From a bacterium (GTDB lineage Bacteria; Patescibacteriota; Patescibacteriia; UBA10025), in the NCBI GenBank assembly GCA_021815445.1, contig JAKAGM010000002.1, positions 159,511-223,510 on the forward strand: a stretch of DNA of 64,000 nucleotides. Direction: 5' to 3'. This document shows, in pieces, positions 50,701 to 60,632 of the stretch (the stretch's first letter is position 1; each line of letters starts with the position of its first letter). The notes under the pieces were generated by a model, which saw nothing but the letters and a program-made list of their open reading frames with translations, was not told where the DNA came from and made no database searches. The translations under genes and the position numbers were made by a program.

Positions 50701-51949
50701 CTGTGATCGTCGCATCGGCGTACTGCAGGGTAATGTTGCCCACACTGGCGCTGTCCGTATCGGATGCGATTTTCGCATCGATCGGCTGGCCGCTGTAGAT
50801 GTAATTAGCGTCAGGGCCCTGGTCCACATTTATGTGGCACATGCCCGTAGTCGTCAAAATGTCGAACGTACCGTCGGCGGCAGACGTTCCGTTTGAATTT
50901 GTTCCCTGGCCTCCGCCTCCGTTCGTGGCGCCCAATGGATCGCAGTTTGCATTCAATCTGATGCTAGCAAGCGGAGCTCCGCTGGCATCGACGAGTTTCC
51001 CTGTTATGTGCGCAGTTTTCTCTTTCACTATGAGAGTTACGGCAGTTGTTTGCCCGTCATTAGCGTTGATTGGTTGGGGTTGTGCGGAAAATTTTCCATT
51101 CTGATCGAAATAGTTCACAAAGTAACTCCCCGAAGGCACTCTCAGGGTTATGACATTCGTGTTATTGAGGGGCTGACCATTGCCGCGTCCGTCGCTGGAT
51201 CGCACATCAACTTGTCCGCTGGTTACCGGCGTACCGTCAGTTGTCGTGACGGTGACGACTACGGTTGCTTTTGCAGGAGTCACCGTGAGGTTCAATGTTT
51301 GAGTCTGAGCCGTAGTATCGTCCGCAAAATTAACCTCCTGAGGCGGGCCGTCGTAAATCCAATCGGCTGCTGGCGCATCCGGAGCAGTGTCGGGGTTTAC
51401 ATTTACGCCGTAGTGGCCTCCGCCGACTGATAATGTGTATGCGCCATTCGCATCTGTCTTGGTGCTCATGCCGCCCTGGCCATTGAATATCCATGCGTTA
51501 ACCATTGCACCCGATACCACGGCGCCGGTTGTCATTTTTACTGTCCCCGAAATTGTTTTGGTGGCAGCCTTCAGAGTCATGTTCTGGGTCATGTCGCTAC
51601 TCACCGTGATGCTGACGGGATCCGCATTCATTACGCCTGAGAGTCCCCAAGGGGTATACGCCTCGAGTTTATACGTGCCGGCCGGGACATTTTGAATTTG
51701 GTACTGCCCCTGGTCGTTCGTCCCTCCGCCATAAAATTTGCTGAAATCGTCAGTTCGGACATTTACTCCGGTAAATTGGACCGGAGTGACACCGTCCGGT
51801 TTATAGACAACTCCGGAAACAGTGAAACCGGTATCTGCCAGGGCAGTCGAGACGCTCGGCGGTGATATGAAAACCCAGGGTACCGTAAGGAGTACCGTCG
51901 ATATCATCGCTACCGTAATCTTAAGTTTTCTCATTATTCTGTCGCGCAT
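47753..51949 (-). CDS. Large secreted/surface protein (carboxypeptidase-regulatory-like beta-sandwich repeats, Cys-rich GPGGC repeats, FG-GAP-like and IPT-like C-terminus)
   Basis: Signal peptide; repeats of the TISG.V....G..V..A.V.....TDANG.Y type; HFS motif; DVTQDGREDILVG; start uncertain (51949 or 51934). Confidence 0.8.
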   Translation of the reverse strand: MRDRIMRKLKITVAMISTVLLTVPWVFISPPSVSTALADTGFTVSGVVYKPDGVTPVQFTGVNVRTDDFSKFYGGGTNDQGQYQIQNVPAGTYKLEAYTPWGLSGVMNADPVSITVSSDMTQNMTLKAATKTISGTVKMTTGAVVSGAMVNAWIFNGQGGMSTKTDANGAYTLSVGGGHYGVNVNPDTAPDAPAADWIYDGPPQEVNFADDTTAQTQTLNLTVTPAKATVVVTVTTTDGTPVTSGQVDVRSSDGRGNGQPLNNTNVITLRVPSGSYFVNYFDQNGKFSAQPQPINANDGQTTAVTLIVKEKTAHITGKLVDASGAPLASIRLNANCDPLGATNGGGGQGTNSNGTSAADGTFDILTTTGMCHINVDQGPDANYIYSGQPIDAKIASDTDSASVGNITLQYADATITGRILDESGNVVPQMPGWAYARPLQSTNGGPSNEFGGPVNNGRYTIKLPSKVLSVVQVGIHFPQNVQFSVKTNPTVTVVANSTTTQDLTIVQNTSSIYGAVVTPDGIPLTSCTASGDARFFGEVFVNNFEKGNGFNTQIKPDCSYEVSVGPGTYQFGYHLDEGSGFMNRPPSPDPIVVKANDRVAKNIVVVASDAKIRVTVVDPKGNKVPHVWVGADNHEEIFGGPMGNQGQGGPGGEGPKGLADQKGPGGNTDPQSIMKYCLDVKHKSECQNDKLPAGSKGPGGCTNTYECSQFCSKSQNKDECGRFFGVKGPSSGPGQPNNGPQTGPGGCKSETECKTFCSKPENQTECSKFGPAGTLTGAAFLPVKVKGESTDHSIGPKEEDFNKQINGGSQTDENGTATIAVVSGHKYTVNNGLPPESQYMPAPMQRCDLTAAKSCDLVMILQTSDVTVTGTVKIGNAPVTNGFVHAWSESGGFSGGPINNGTYKLNINSGATWHIGADSPQSRDFYRSDEVMLVTASAGKYTQNFQLSKNVVQLPDAVSTTFDATQQSVLTLRDGTTVTMPAGSIATSGSVTVTATPTVQINTTQTDQPAFGFGYEFKAIQNGSEITKFAASTVSILYKYSTDILDKLGISENSLVPKFYNASTGAWEKPDNILQDTTNKTLTVTGLSHFSVHSIVSTAGVKASKTNLTGVTTGKNKNGETQITVGIGKSFIPFSKYKGAVTVLTANLGGKNGQVIVAAPAEMTKDVSKVIVYKVTGNKKNNPNVSKVKELVPVGGYKKGLNVVFADVTQDGREDILVGTVKGAGEVITYDITSNYRSSGTMKIGVKRFSGSTTVTALEAYVKGVGALVAKAGDDTAVFSYNPKNGRFTRDTKYPVGQKIAVVGASMSMKNLAPKVTSSINVKYFADKNKLAAATIRGENFTRKTSVLINGQSVSVKFKNASTLDLTLKPGLFKKGGAYRFQISSTEGSTTSGKITFK

Positions 51950-52182
51950 AGAAGGTTTTTTCTTAATTATTGTTTTATTAAATATAAAAAAACACGGCGC
52001 TCGCATGATACGGTCGCACACTAAGGAGATTGCTTCGTTTGACCCATAAGTAGCTTTGATAACAGCTAAAAGATGAGTAATGATGGTTTTTATTATTGTT
52101 TGCATATAGAACCTAGCATATTTTTTTTAAAAAAGCAAGAGCATTTGTCAGTAAGGTTAAAGTACGGATATAATGAACAAAG

Positions 52183-53130
52183 ATGACTTACCTCGAAAAA
52201 GCGATTATTTCGGCGATTGCGTATTTTGACCTCTTTGATTATCCGCTGACTTCCTTTGAAGTATGGCGGTGGCTCTATACTGATTCAGAGGGTGAAAACG
52301 TTCCTTGCCCTTTGCGGGATGTTTTACGAGCATTCGCAAAAAGCCAGTATCTGCACGAGCGTTTAGAGTTCCGTGAGGGATATTACTTTTTGAAAGGAAG
52401 GGGAGACATTGTCGTCAGTCGGCAATCCCGTTATCGAATAGCGGAAAAGAAGTATCTACGGGCCAGGAAGCTGGTGAAGGCGCTCAGTATGATTCCGTTC
52501 GTCCGCATGATCGCCGTCTGTAACAAGCTCGGGTACAACAACAATACACTGGATAGCGACATTGATGTCTTTATCATCTGTGCTCAAGGCCGATTGTGGT
52601 TCACAAGGTTGATGGTGACGCTGGTGACGCAGTTCGCCGGCATGCGGCGCCATGGCATTAACATTTCCCAGCGTGTTTGCCTGAGTTTCTATCTTTCGAC
52701 ATCCCGCCTGTCAATCCACGACCTTGCTAAAACCCCGTCAGATCCTTACCTGTCCTATTGGATAAGCCACCTGTATCCGCTTTTCGGCGCAGATACGTAT
52801 CACGCTTTCATGGAAGCCAACCGCTGGGTTCAGAAAACGTTGCCGAATCTCCAGTCCGTCTCGGCTTCACCGCGCAGAACTGTCGGGCAGGGTCGCCAAT
52901 CGAGAGTCCAAAGAATGTTTGAGATTGTTTTCCGCGGTCCTCTCGGCGCAATGTCTGAGAAAATCGCAAAATCTGTCCAAATGAAAAGGATAGCCCGGAA
53001 TCCGGACAGCCATTTAAAAGAGCATACCTCTGATGTCGTCGTGGATGACACCGTCCTCAAGTTCCACGAACAGGACAGGCGGATTATTTTCCGCCGGCAA
53101 TTTGAGCAACAATGTTCGCGTCTTTTGTAA
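52183..53130 (+). CDS. Nucleotidyltransferase-fold hypothetical protein
   Basis: YFDLFDYPLT..E, IPFVRMIAVCN.L......DSDIDVFII....RLW, CLSFYL. Confidence 0.7.
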   Translation: MTYLEKAIISAIAYFDLFDYPLTSFEVWRWLYTDSEGENVPCPLRDVLRAFAKSQYLHERLEFREGYYFLKGRGDIVVSRQSRYRIAEKKYLRARKLVKALSMIPFVRMIAVCNKLGYNNNTLDSDIDVFIICAQGRLWFTRLMVTLVTQFAGMRRHGINISQRVCLSFYLSTSRLSIHDLAKTPSDPYLSYWISHLYPLFGADTYHAFMEANRWVQKTLPNLQSVSASPRRTVGQGRQSRVQRMFEIVFRGPLGAMSEKIAKSVQMKRIARNPDSHLKEHTSDVVVDDTVLKFHEQDRRIIFRRQFEQQCSRLL

Positions 53131-54458
53131 AATTTCTTAAAGCTCACGGACAGTACACGATCCTTGTGCTGGTCATCTTCTTGTTGCCCTGGCAAGCGCA
53201 GTATATTTTCCAGCAGGGCAGTCTTGGCGGCGAATTGTGGCAGTACGGCACCGTCAGCCTCTACGCCGTTGATATTCTCATCATCCTGCTTTGCCTGTCC
53301 GTAGTGCTTTCCAAACGCCGGGAGCAGCGTACGTTCCCCGCGTACCTTTGGTTCGTCCTTTGCGCTATCATGGCTGCCGCTTTTTTCTCAGTCATTTTCG
53401 CGCAGAACCAGCTGGTCAGCTGGTACCATGTGCTGGTGCTGTTTGAGGGCATTGCGCTCTTTTGGCTTTTATCGCGGGAATTTTTTTCGTCACACTCGAT
53501 TTCCTTTGCCCTTGTCAGTGCGGGCATCCTCCAGAGCGTGCTCGCGACTGTTCAGTTTTTTACGCAAAAAGTTTTTTCTTCCACGCTCTTGGGTACCGCG
53601 TTGCATGTGCCTGAGCAGGTCGGGCAGTCGGTGATAGAGGCCGACGGCAGGTTCCTCCGCGCGTACGGTACGTTCCAGCATCCAAATTTGCTTGCCGCGT
53701 TCCTTGCCATATGTCTTTTGTTCGGCATCGCGCGGTACCTCACCTCGAGAGGGAAAGGAGAACGGTCGTACATTATCTCGGGCATTATGTTGATGACGTT
53801 CGCGCTTGTCCTCACCATGAGCAGGGCGGCGTGGGGAATTTTCGGCGCGGCTTTCGTCGTGGCTATCGCCATATTTTGTCTCACTGACCATTTCAAGCTT
53901 ATTCGCAGGAAAGTTTATTTTCTCGTGATCGCCGTTGCTCTTTCACTTGCCGCAGGTGTCATGATGACAGCCCCGCTTATCACGACGCGGATTCAGGGCG
54001 AGGCCCGTCTCGAAGTGCAGTCCACCACGGAGCGGCTCAGCGGTTATCAGGATGCATGGAAGATTTTCAAAGATTCATGGCTGCACGGTACCGGCATCGG
54101 CATGTTCACCGAGACTGTGCATCTCCGCGTCGACCCCTCGAGGCCGATGTGGGAGGTACAGCCTGTCCACAACATCTACGTGCTCATTACCGACGAAATC
54201 AGTATTTTTGGCATCGTATTCTTTCTCCTCCTCATCTATGAGGTTGTACAGATGTCGCTTCGAAAAGCGAGAGGTTTTTCTGAGCCCTGGGGGATCATGG
54301 TACTTATTACACTGCTCTCGACGCTCGTCTTTGGGCTTTTTGACCACTACTTTTGGACCCTACATTCAGGAGTTTTGTTGTTTTGGGTTGTTCTTGGCCT
54401 ATCAGTTTCATATGCCAATAAAGGCTATTCACAGGATGTGGATAAGTCGTATCCTTGA
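53112..54458 (+). CDS. O-antigen ligase-family (Wzy_C) membrane glycosyltransferase
   Basis: LRAYGTFQHPN.LA, LT.SRAAW, ER...Y..A, G.G.G.F, PVHNIY, GLFDHY. Confidence 0.9.
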   Translation: MFASFVKFLKAHGQYTILVLVIFLLPWQAQYIFQQGSLGGELWQYGTVSLYAVDILIILLCLSVVLSKRREQRTFPAYLWFVLCAIMAAAFFSVIFAQNQLVSWYHVLVLFEGIALFWLLSREFFSSHSISFALVSAGILQSVLATVQFFTQKVFSSTLLGTALHVPEQVGQSVIEADGRFLRAYGTFQHPNLLAAFLAICLLFGIARYLTSRGKGERSYIISGIMLMTFALVLTMSRAAWGIFGAAFVVAIAIFCLTDHFKLIRRKVYFLVIAVALSLAAGVMMTAPLITTRIQGEARLEVQSTTERLSGYQDAWKIFKDSWLHGTGIGMFTETVHLRVDPSRPMWEVQPVHNIYVLITDEISIFGIVFFLLLIYEVVQMSLRKARGFSEPWGIMVLITLLSTLVFGLFDHYFWTLHSGVLLFWVVLGLSVSYANKGYSQDVDKSYP

Positions 54459-54483
54459 CTGCCTTTTTGCCTTACTCTACAAT
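54455..54483 (+). promoter_or_regulatory. groESL promoter
   Basis: TTGACT-17-TACAAT; DnaA box TGTGGATAA just upstream at 54437-54445. Confidence 0.75.
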
Positions 54484-54498
54484 GAAAATCACTCGAAA

Positions 54499-54525
54499 TT
54501 AGCACTCAAACTATTAGAGTGCTAA
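54499..54525 (+). promoter_or_regulatory. CIRCE (HrcA operator)
   Basis: Perfect TTAGCACTC-N9-GAGTGCTAA. Confidence 0.97.
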
Positions 54526-54570
54526 GTTCAGCGAGAACTCTTAATTAACAGCTAATTTGTTTTTCACACT

Positions 54571-54849
54571 ATGAAACTCAAACCACTCGGCGACAGAATC
54601 GTCGTCAAACCTTCCACGCAGGAAGAGGTCACTAAGTCGGGTATTGTCCTCCCCGATACCGTTGAAAAGGAAAAGAAAGAAGAGGGCGAGGTTATCGCCA
54701 TTGGCAGCGGCGAAAAGATCGCCAAGCTGAACCTCAAGGTTGGGGACACGGTCATTTTTGGCAAGTATTCGGGCGACGAAGTGACGCTCGACGACATCGA
54801 GTACAAAGTCCTCAAGGATGAGGATGTTTTGGCTGTCATTGAAAAATAG
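54571..54849 (+). CDS. groES: Co-chaperonin GroES
   Basis: LKPLGDRIVV, T.SGIVLPD, GDTVIFGKYSG. Confidence 0.98.
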   Translation: MKLKPLGDRIVVKPSTQEEVTKSGIVLPDTVEKEKKEEGEVIAIGSGEKIAKLNLKVGDTVIFGKYSGDEVTLDDIEYKVLKDEDVLAVIEK

Positions 54850-54867
54850 GCACTGCTTAACCACTAA

Positions 54868-56544
<1,677 letters not shown>

Positions 56545-56566
56545 GACAGTTTGTCACATGATATTC

Positions 56567-56596
56567 AAAGCGCAGGCGTAAAGGCCTGCGCTTTTT
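56567..56596 (+). terminator. groEL terminator formed by a family B palindrome
   Basis: AAAGCGCAGGC-gtaaag-GCCTGCGCTTTTT. Confidence 0.75.
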
Positions 56597-56664
56597 GGTT
56601 GGTCTTGACAAAGGAGGCACTATACTGTAAATTACCCAGTCCCAAAAGGAGGATAGCTAACAAG

Positions 56665-56916
56665 ATGAACAAGAAACTGGCCTTTGTACTACTCGTTCAG
56701 ACATGGATCCTGGCAAGAGAAATTGGGAACCGCAACTCCCCAGATCCTGCCGTGTACGCCAATTTCGCAATTTCTACTCTTGCGCATGCGATGAGGATCC
56801 CAGAGGAAATTATCCCGGACAATATTGAAGAAGCATGCCGGGAATACTGCTACTGGCAGAGCCGTCACGCCGGTGCCGAAAGACCTTCTTGGCTTCCTCC
56901 AACGCCCTTAACGTAG
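56665..56916 (+). CDS. Orphan hypothetical protein (83 aa)
   Basis: Promoter TTGACA-17-TAAATT (56605-56633), AAGGAGG, terminator AACGCCC...GGGCGTT plus T run. Confidence 0.65.
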   Translation: MNKKLAFVLLVQTWILAREIGNRNSPDPAVYANFAISTLAHAMRIPEEIIPDNIEEACREYCYWQSRHAGAERPSWLPPTPLT

Positions 56917-56946
56917 GTTACTGGGCGTTTTTTCTTGATACTGGGT

Positions 56947-57016
56947 CCGCATCTTGGAGAAGGTGCGCTCGAGGTAAATTATATTTCCCGAGCGTAGGCC
57001 GCGGCGCCTGCGCTCG
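56947..57016. repeat. REP-like A and B copies
   Basis: CGCATCTT-ggag-AAGGTGCGCTCG; CGAGCGTAGGC..GCCTGCGCTCG. Confidence 0.75.
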
Positions 57017-57173
57017 TACATGTTTGTGTATAAAAAAACGCAGGGTCGGAGAAGACCCTGCGGGAGAAGAAATCATAGGAGCTTAAGACGTTGAGAGTGA
57101 ATTATCACATTATCCAACCGGTGTAGAGCTGCGTAATGAGTACTGCTGAGATGAACGGTGGCGCGGTGATCCC

Positions 57174-58397
57174 TTACCCCCAGAATTCAGGATGCTTGAC
57201 GAAAAAGCTCTGCATCGCGCCCAGAACCTCCGGAGGGAGGCAGTCGCTGTTGCCAGGGTGCTGACCGACGACGGTGTCAATCCATTGTCGGGCCTGGACA
57301 AAGGTTATCCCGTATAGCAGGCCTTCCGGGTCCGCTTTTTTACCTCGCCGTATGCTCGACGGGTCAACCCGCACAAACGCGAAGTTCGGCAACCCCTCCT
57401 TATTTGGAGAGAAAACTCCGTACTCGATACCCAGAATCGGGCTCGTTGGCGTCTTGGCGGAGTCGCCGGCCAGAGTGCGCTTGAGGCCCTGGTCAAGCCT
57501 GAATCGGTTTCTTTCAGCCGCCGGCAGTTTCGACTCCTCCAGGAGAATGCGCAAATCGTTCAAACTTCTCTTGGCATCACTTTCAGGTCCTGGATACATG
57601 ATGGCATTGATGCGTATTCGGGGAATCGGGCCCGGTAATAGGACATTCATCTGCGGAGGTGTCGTGAAAATGCCGAGTACGGGTTCACGCTGTTCCCGGA
57701 ATCCCCAGATGACGCAGATCAGCTGCCGTCGCCGTTGTTCCACATGCTCGAGAAAGATGGGAATGGCGGCCAGCTGGAGCACATTGCGAAAACAGGAATT
57801 CTGGTACTCACCGCGACCGCTGACTTCCATGAGCTCTTCAAGCGTGATGTAGTCTAGCTTGAAGATAGGCGCATCAGTTTCATCGGCAGAGCTCATCGCC
57901 TTGGCGTCGAGCTGGAGGAACATGACCCAGGGAAAGGAGGATCCATTCCGATCAGGCACCGGACGGTGATCGCAATGGCCCGGCATAATCACGCTCTTTT
58001 TCACCCTGTCGTTACCGCCGGTGAGGATGTCGACCGCGTGGTTTATGCAAACCCCCATCGAGTTGGTGTAGTATCTGCAGGAGTTGACTTCGCCCCGCTC
58101 CATAGAGCGCTCCCTGGCGGTGCGCATATCGTTGTCGAATCCGGGCGTGTTCATGACATCTTTCATGAGCAGTGTCGGTATGGGGCCGAAAACGGGAGAT
58201 TCCGCCGGCCAGCCATCGGTAACCATGCCAATGCGGACATGATCGTGCTCATCTTCCATCCAGACAATGCAGACCAGCGGCAATGTTTGCTCGTCACTCT
58301 GCACATTGTCGTAAAAAGACGGTACCGTCCAGGCGCCTAGGCGGAATGCGTCCAAGCGTGCTGACTTGGTTGATCTAATTGCCCTTTGTTGTGGCAT
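57174..58397 (-). CDS. Orphan protein with internal duplication, possibly a degenerate tandem NUDIX fold
   Basis: SD GAGGAG, promoter TTGACG-18-TAAGAT, terminator 57032-57062; two similar halves. Confidence 0.65.
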   Translation of the reverse strand: MPQQRAIRSTKSARLDAFRLGAWTVPSFYDNVQSDEQTLPLVCIVWMEDEHDHVRIGMVTDGWPAESPVFGPIPTLLMKDVMNTPGFDNDMRTARERSMERGEVNSCRYYTNSMGVCINHAVDILTGGNDRVKKSVIMPGHCDHRPVPDRNGSSFPWVMFLQLDAKAMSSADETDAPIFKLDYITLEELMEVSGRGEYQNSCFRNVLQLAAIPIFLEHVEQRRRQLICVIWGFREQREPVLGIFTTPPQMNVLLPGPIPRIRINAIMYPGPESDAKRSLNDLRILLEESKLPAAERNRFRLDQGLKRTLAGDSAKTPTSPILGIEYGVFSPNKEGLPNFAFVRVDPSSIRRGKKADPEGLLYGITFVQARQWIDTVVGQHPGNSDCLPPEVLGAMQSFFVKHPEFWG

Positions 58398-58510
58398 TTA
58401 GTGCTCCTCTCGGTTGATTTTCAATGTAACTATTGTTGATTTTCTTATTTTTACTTGAGCATCTTAACACCGGGTTATAATGAGCGTCAATGTTGGGTTC
58501 TTTATACCCA

Positions 58511-58686
58511 GTTCGCGCACGCAGCCTTCTCCCTGAGGGCTCAGGCCCGAATGGGAGACGGGTGCTCTCGTGGGAAATAAATCAAACCGAGCCAGGGGAG
58601 CTCCGCCCATACTTGACCAGGTTCGCGCACCTTAGAAAAGGTGCGCTGTGTTTATACAACAAAGAGCACCCTTTCTAGGGTGCGAA
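58511..58686. repeat. REP-like family A cluster (interrupted copy plus doublet)
   Basis: GTTCGCGCAC[insert]GGGTGCTCT; GCGCACCTT-agaa-AAGGTGCGC...GAGCACCCT-ttct-AGGGTGCGA. Confidence 0.8.
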
Positions 58687-58756
58687 ACACATCAATAAAA
58701 AAAGCAGAGTCGGATGACTCTGCAGGAAGTTGATGAATGAACGTGGTTTGATTCGG

Positions 58757-59584
58757 TCAGTGTATGACGCCGGCAGTCATGTAGAGCCAGACCAATGCGG
58801 TCATGATGCCCTGGGGGTATGCCCTTCGATATCGGGCGATTCCCCCAATCATCGAAAAGATGAAATAGTGGGCGAAGGCAAGCCCTACGAAGACGTTGTA
58901 ACTCATCCGCGGAAGGAGGTGTCCATTCATGTGAAAGTAGAGGATGGGGTACATCAGCATTGCTGCTGTGCAGACAAACCCGCCCACAATGTAGTTGTTT
59001 CGCGGTCCGCAATCCAGCCACGAGCGCAGCGCAATCCTCGGTTTCTCCTGGTGGTCTTTGATCTCCTCACGGAGGAAGTACAACCAGAAAGTGGTACCCA
59101 GAAGAAACACGGTGACTCCGGCGAATGGTACTCCGGTTGATGCCCAACCAACAAACACGGGGACGGTGCATATCAGTCCAACCAGAGAGTTCAGGGGCCC
59201 GTTGACACCTCTCCGTGCAGTGTAAAGGATGACGAGCCCTCCCGCGAGTATCGTCGCAATCGTACACCCAATGGGAAGATATTTCACGGTGAGATACACG
59301 CTTCCTTGGAATGCCAGGAACGCCAGCATTCCCCAGAGATAGGGATGCTGTTCGCGGATGTAGTCATTGACCCGACGGGTGTACGGGTGATTATGGTTTT
59401 GAAACGCACAGTGGTACACGCTGGATCCGAAGACCAGCAACGCCATCGCACCGGCCGCTGCGAGGGCCGGTGTGTTGAACACGAATTGCCCAAGAGCAAT
59501 TCTTGCGACAACCACTACAGCGGCAGCCGCTGTCAGACACTGTACGGGCCTGACGATGGTAAGGAACCTTTTTAACGCTTTCAT
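58757..59584 (-). CDS. Divergent UbiA-superfamily (DGGGP synthase-like) membrane protein
   Basis: IVRPVQCL N-terminus, multiple TM helices, ILYT, LREEIKD; SD AAGGAGG; own promoter and terminator. Confidence 0.6.
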   Translation of the reverse strand: MKALKRFLTIVRPVQCLTAAAAVVVVARIALGQFVFNTPALAAAGAMALLVFGSSVYHCAFQNHNHPYTRRVNDYIREQHPYLWGMLAFLAFQGSVYLTVKYLPIGCTIATILAGGLVILYTARRGVNGPLNSLVGLICTVPVFVGWASTGVPFAGVTVFLLGTTFWLYFLREEIKDHQEKPRIALRSWLDCGPRNNYIVGGFVCTAAMLMYPILYFHMNGHLLPRMSYNVFVGLAFAHYFIFSMIGGIARYRRAYPQGIMTALVWLYMTAGVIH

Positions 59585-59671
59585 GCAAATCCTCCTTTGA
59601 AAGGCGGTTTCGATTTTATATGACCTTATCGCAAGACTGGTGAGTTGTCAAATAAAAAAACACCACGCCCT

Positions 59672-60064
59672 TTATGAACGGGTGGATTCTGACGAAGGTG
59701 CGGGAGCTGTTTTGGTAAAAGCCTCGAGAGCCTTCTCGATCGTGTCGTACGTTTCAAAAGCTTCGGTGAGCTTTGCAATGACCAGGATGCTCTTGATCCG
59801 GTCTCCGATGCCGCAGAGGACTAATTTCGCAGAGGGGTCTAAAGACTGATTGATCCGCCACTGCATGTGGATGAGTGTGGCGATGTTCGTTGAATTGATC
59901 CAATTCGCACCGGAGAGGTCGATGATGAAGCGCCGTTGACCACTTCCGAAATTCACATGGAGGCACTCATCCACCAAACCCATACCGATGTCGCCGGGGA
60001 CGCTGCTTAAGTTCGCATGAATGATAACCACCCCGTCGCGGATTTCACTTGTTGGACTGCTCAT
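59672..60064 (-). CDS. STAS-domain anti-sigma factor antagonist-like protein
   Basis: FIIDLSGANWINST.I..L, LVLCG....IKSIL.IAKL...FETYD..E.AL. Confidence 0.85.
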   Translation of the reverse strand: MSSPTSEIRDGVVIIHANLSSVPGDIGMGLVDECLHVNFGSGQRRFIIDLSGANWINSTNIATLIHMQWRINQSLDPSAKLVLCGIGDRIKSILVIAKLTEAFETYDTIEKALEAFTKTAPAPSSESTRS

Positions 60065-60176
60065 GCAGCCACCTTTCCTGGAAATGTACCTTGTTTATAC
60101 TTTAACCCACCTTATCGTAGGACTGGTGTATTGTCAATTCATTGTTTTTTCAGGGCATTTAGGGTATACTATGGCC

Positions 60177-60632
60177 ATGCAGCAAAGCATTGCGCAGACA
60201 CTGACGACGCCTTCACAGGCCGACGATACCATCGCCGGAGAGCGCGCATCATTTTACTGGAAAGCGACGTGGATGGCCATTGTTGTCCTTGTCGGAGCGG
60301 AAATTGCTCTCCATTATATCAGCCAACCGGCGTATATTTCGCGGGTAGTCGAAGGTCTGTTGTTCCTCGGGGCAGGGTGGCTCATGATGAGGCGGCGGCG
60401 CACGATGACGACAGTCACTGCGGCAGGAGCGTTTGTCGGGTTTATCACCGGCCTCGTTATAGCCATCTTTGAAATGGCAAGGGATCCTCTGATGTGGCGG
60501 GTGTTCAACATTATCGCCCGGCCGATCTGGATGGCGGCATTCGGCGCAGTAGTCGCGGGTGGTTTCGCATTCTGTATATCAAGATTTTTTTCAACACAAT
60601 CTGCAATGAAAGGAGGTGAACATCATGGATGA
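60177..60632 (+). CDS. Hypothetical membrane protein (~4 TM helices)
   Basis: Hydrophobic helices; TATACT 6 nt before the ATG; overlaps the next gene. Confidence 0.65.
   Translation: MQQSIAQTLTTPSQADDTIAGERASFYWKATWMAIVVLVGAEIALHYISQPAYISRVVEGLLFLGAGWLMMRRRRTMTTVTAAGAFVGFITGLVIAIFEMARDPLMWRVFNIIARPIWMAAFGAVVAGGFAFCISRFFSTQSAMKGGEHHG

Noticed and set aside
51950-52105. In-frame 52-codon extension of the surface protein containing RAPC (arrest-peptide-like), or a riboswitch in this leader
   Set aside because: RAPC is not RAPP/RAGP; the best promoter (TTGCTT-17-TAGGTT) would start transcription at or after that ATG; no riboswitch consensus was convincingly matched.
56900-60140. Integron cassette array or CRISPR array
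   Set aside because: No integrase or cas genes, no regular repeat-spacer period and no clear attC R-box architecture; each gene has its own promoter, unlike typical integron cassettes.
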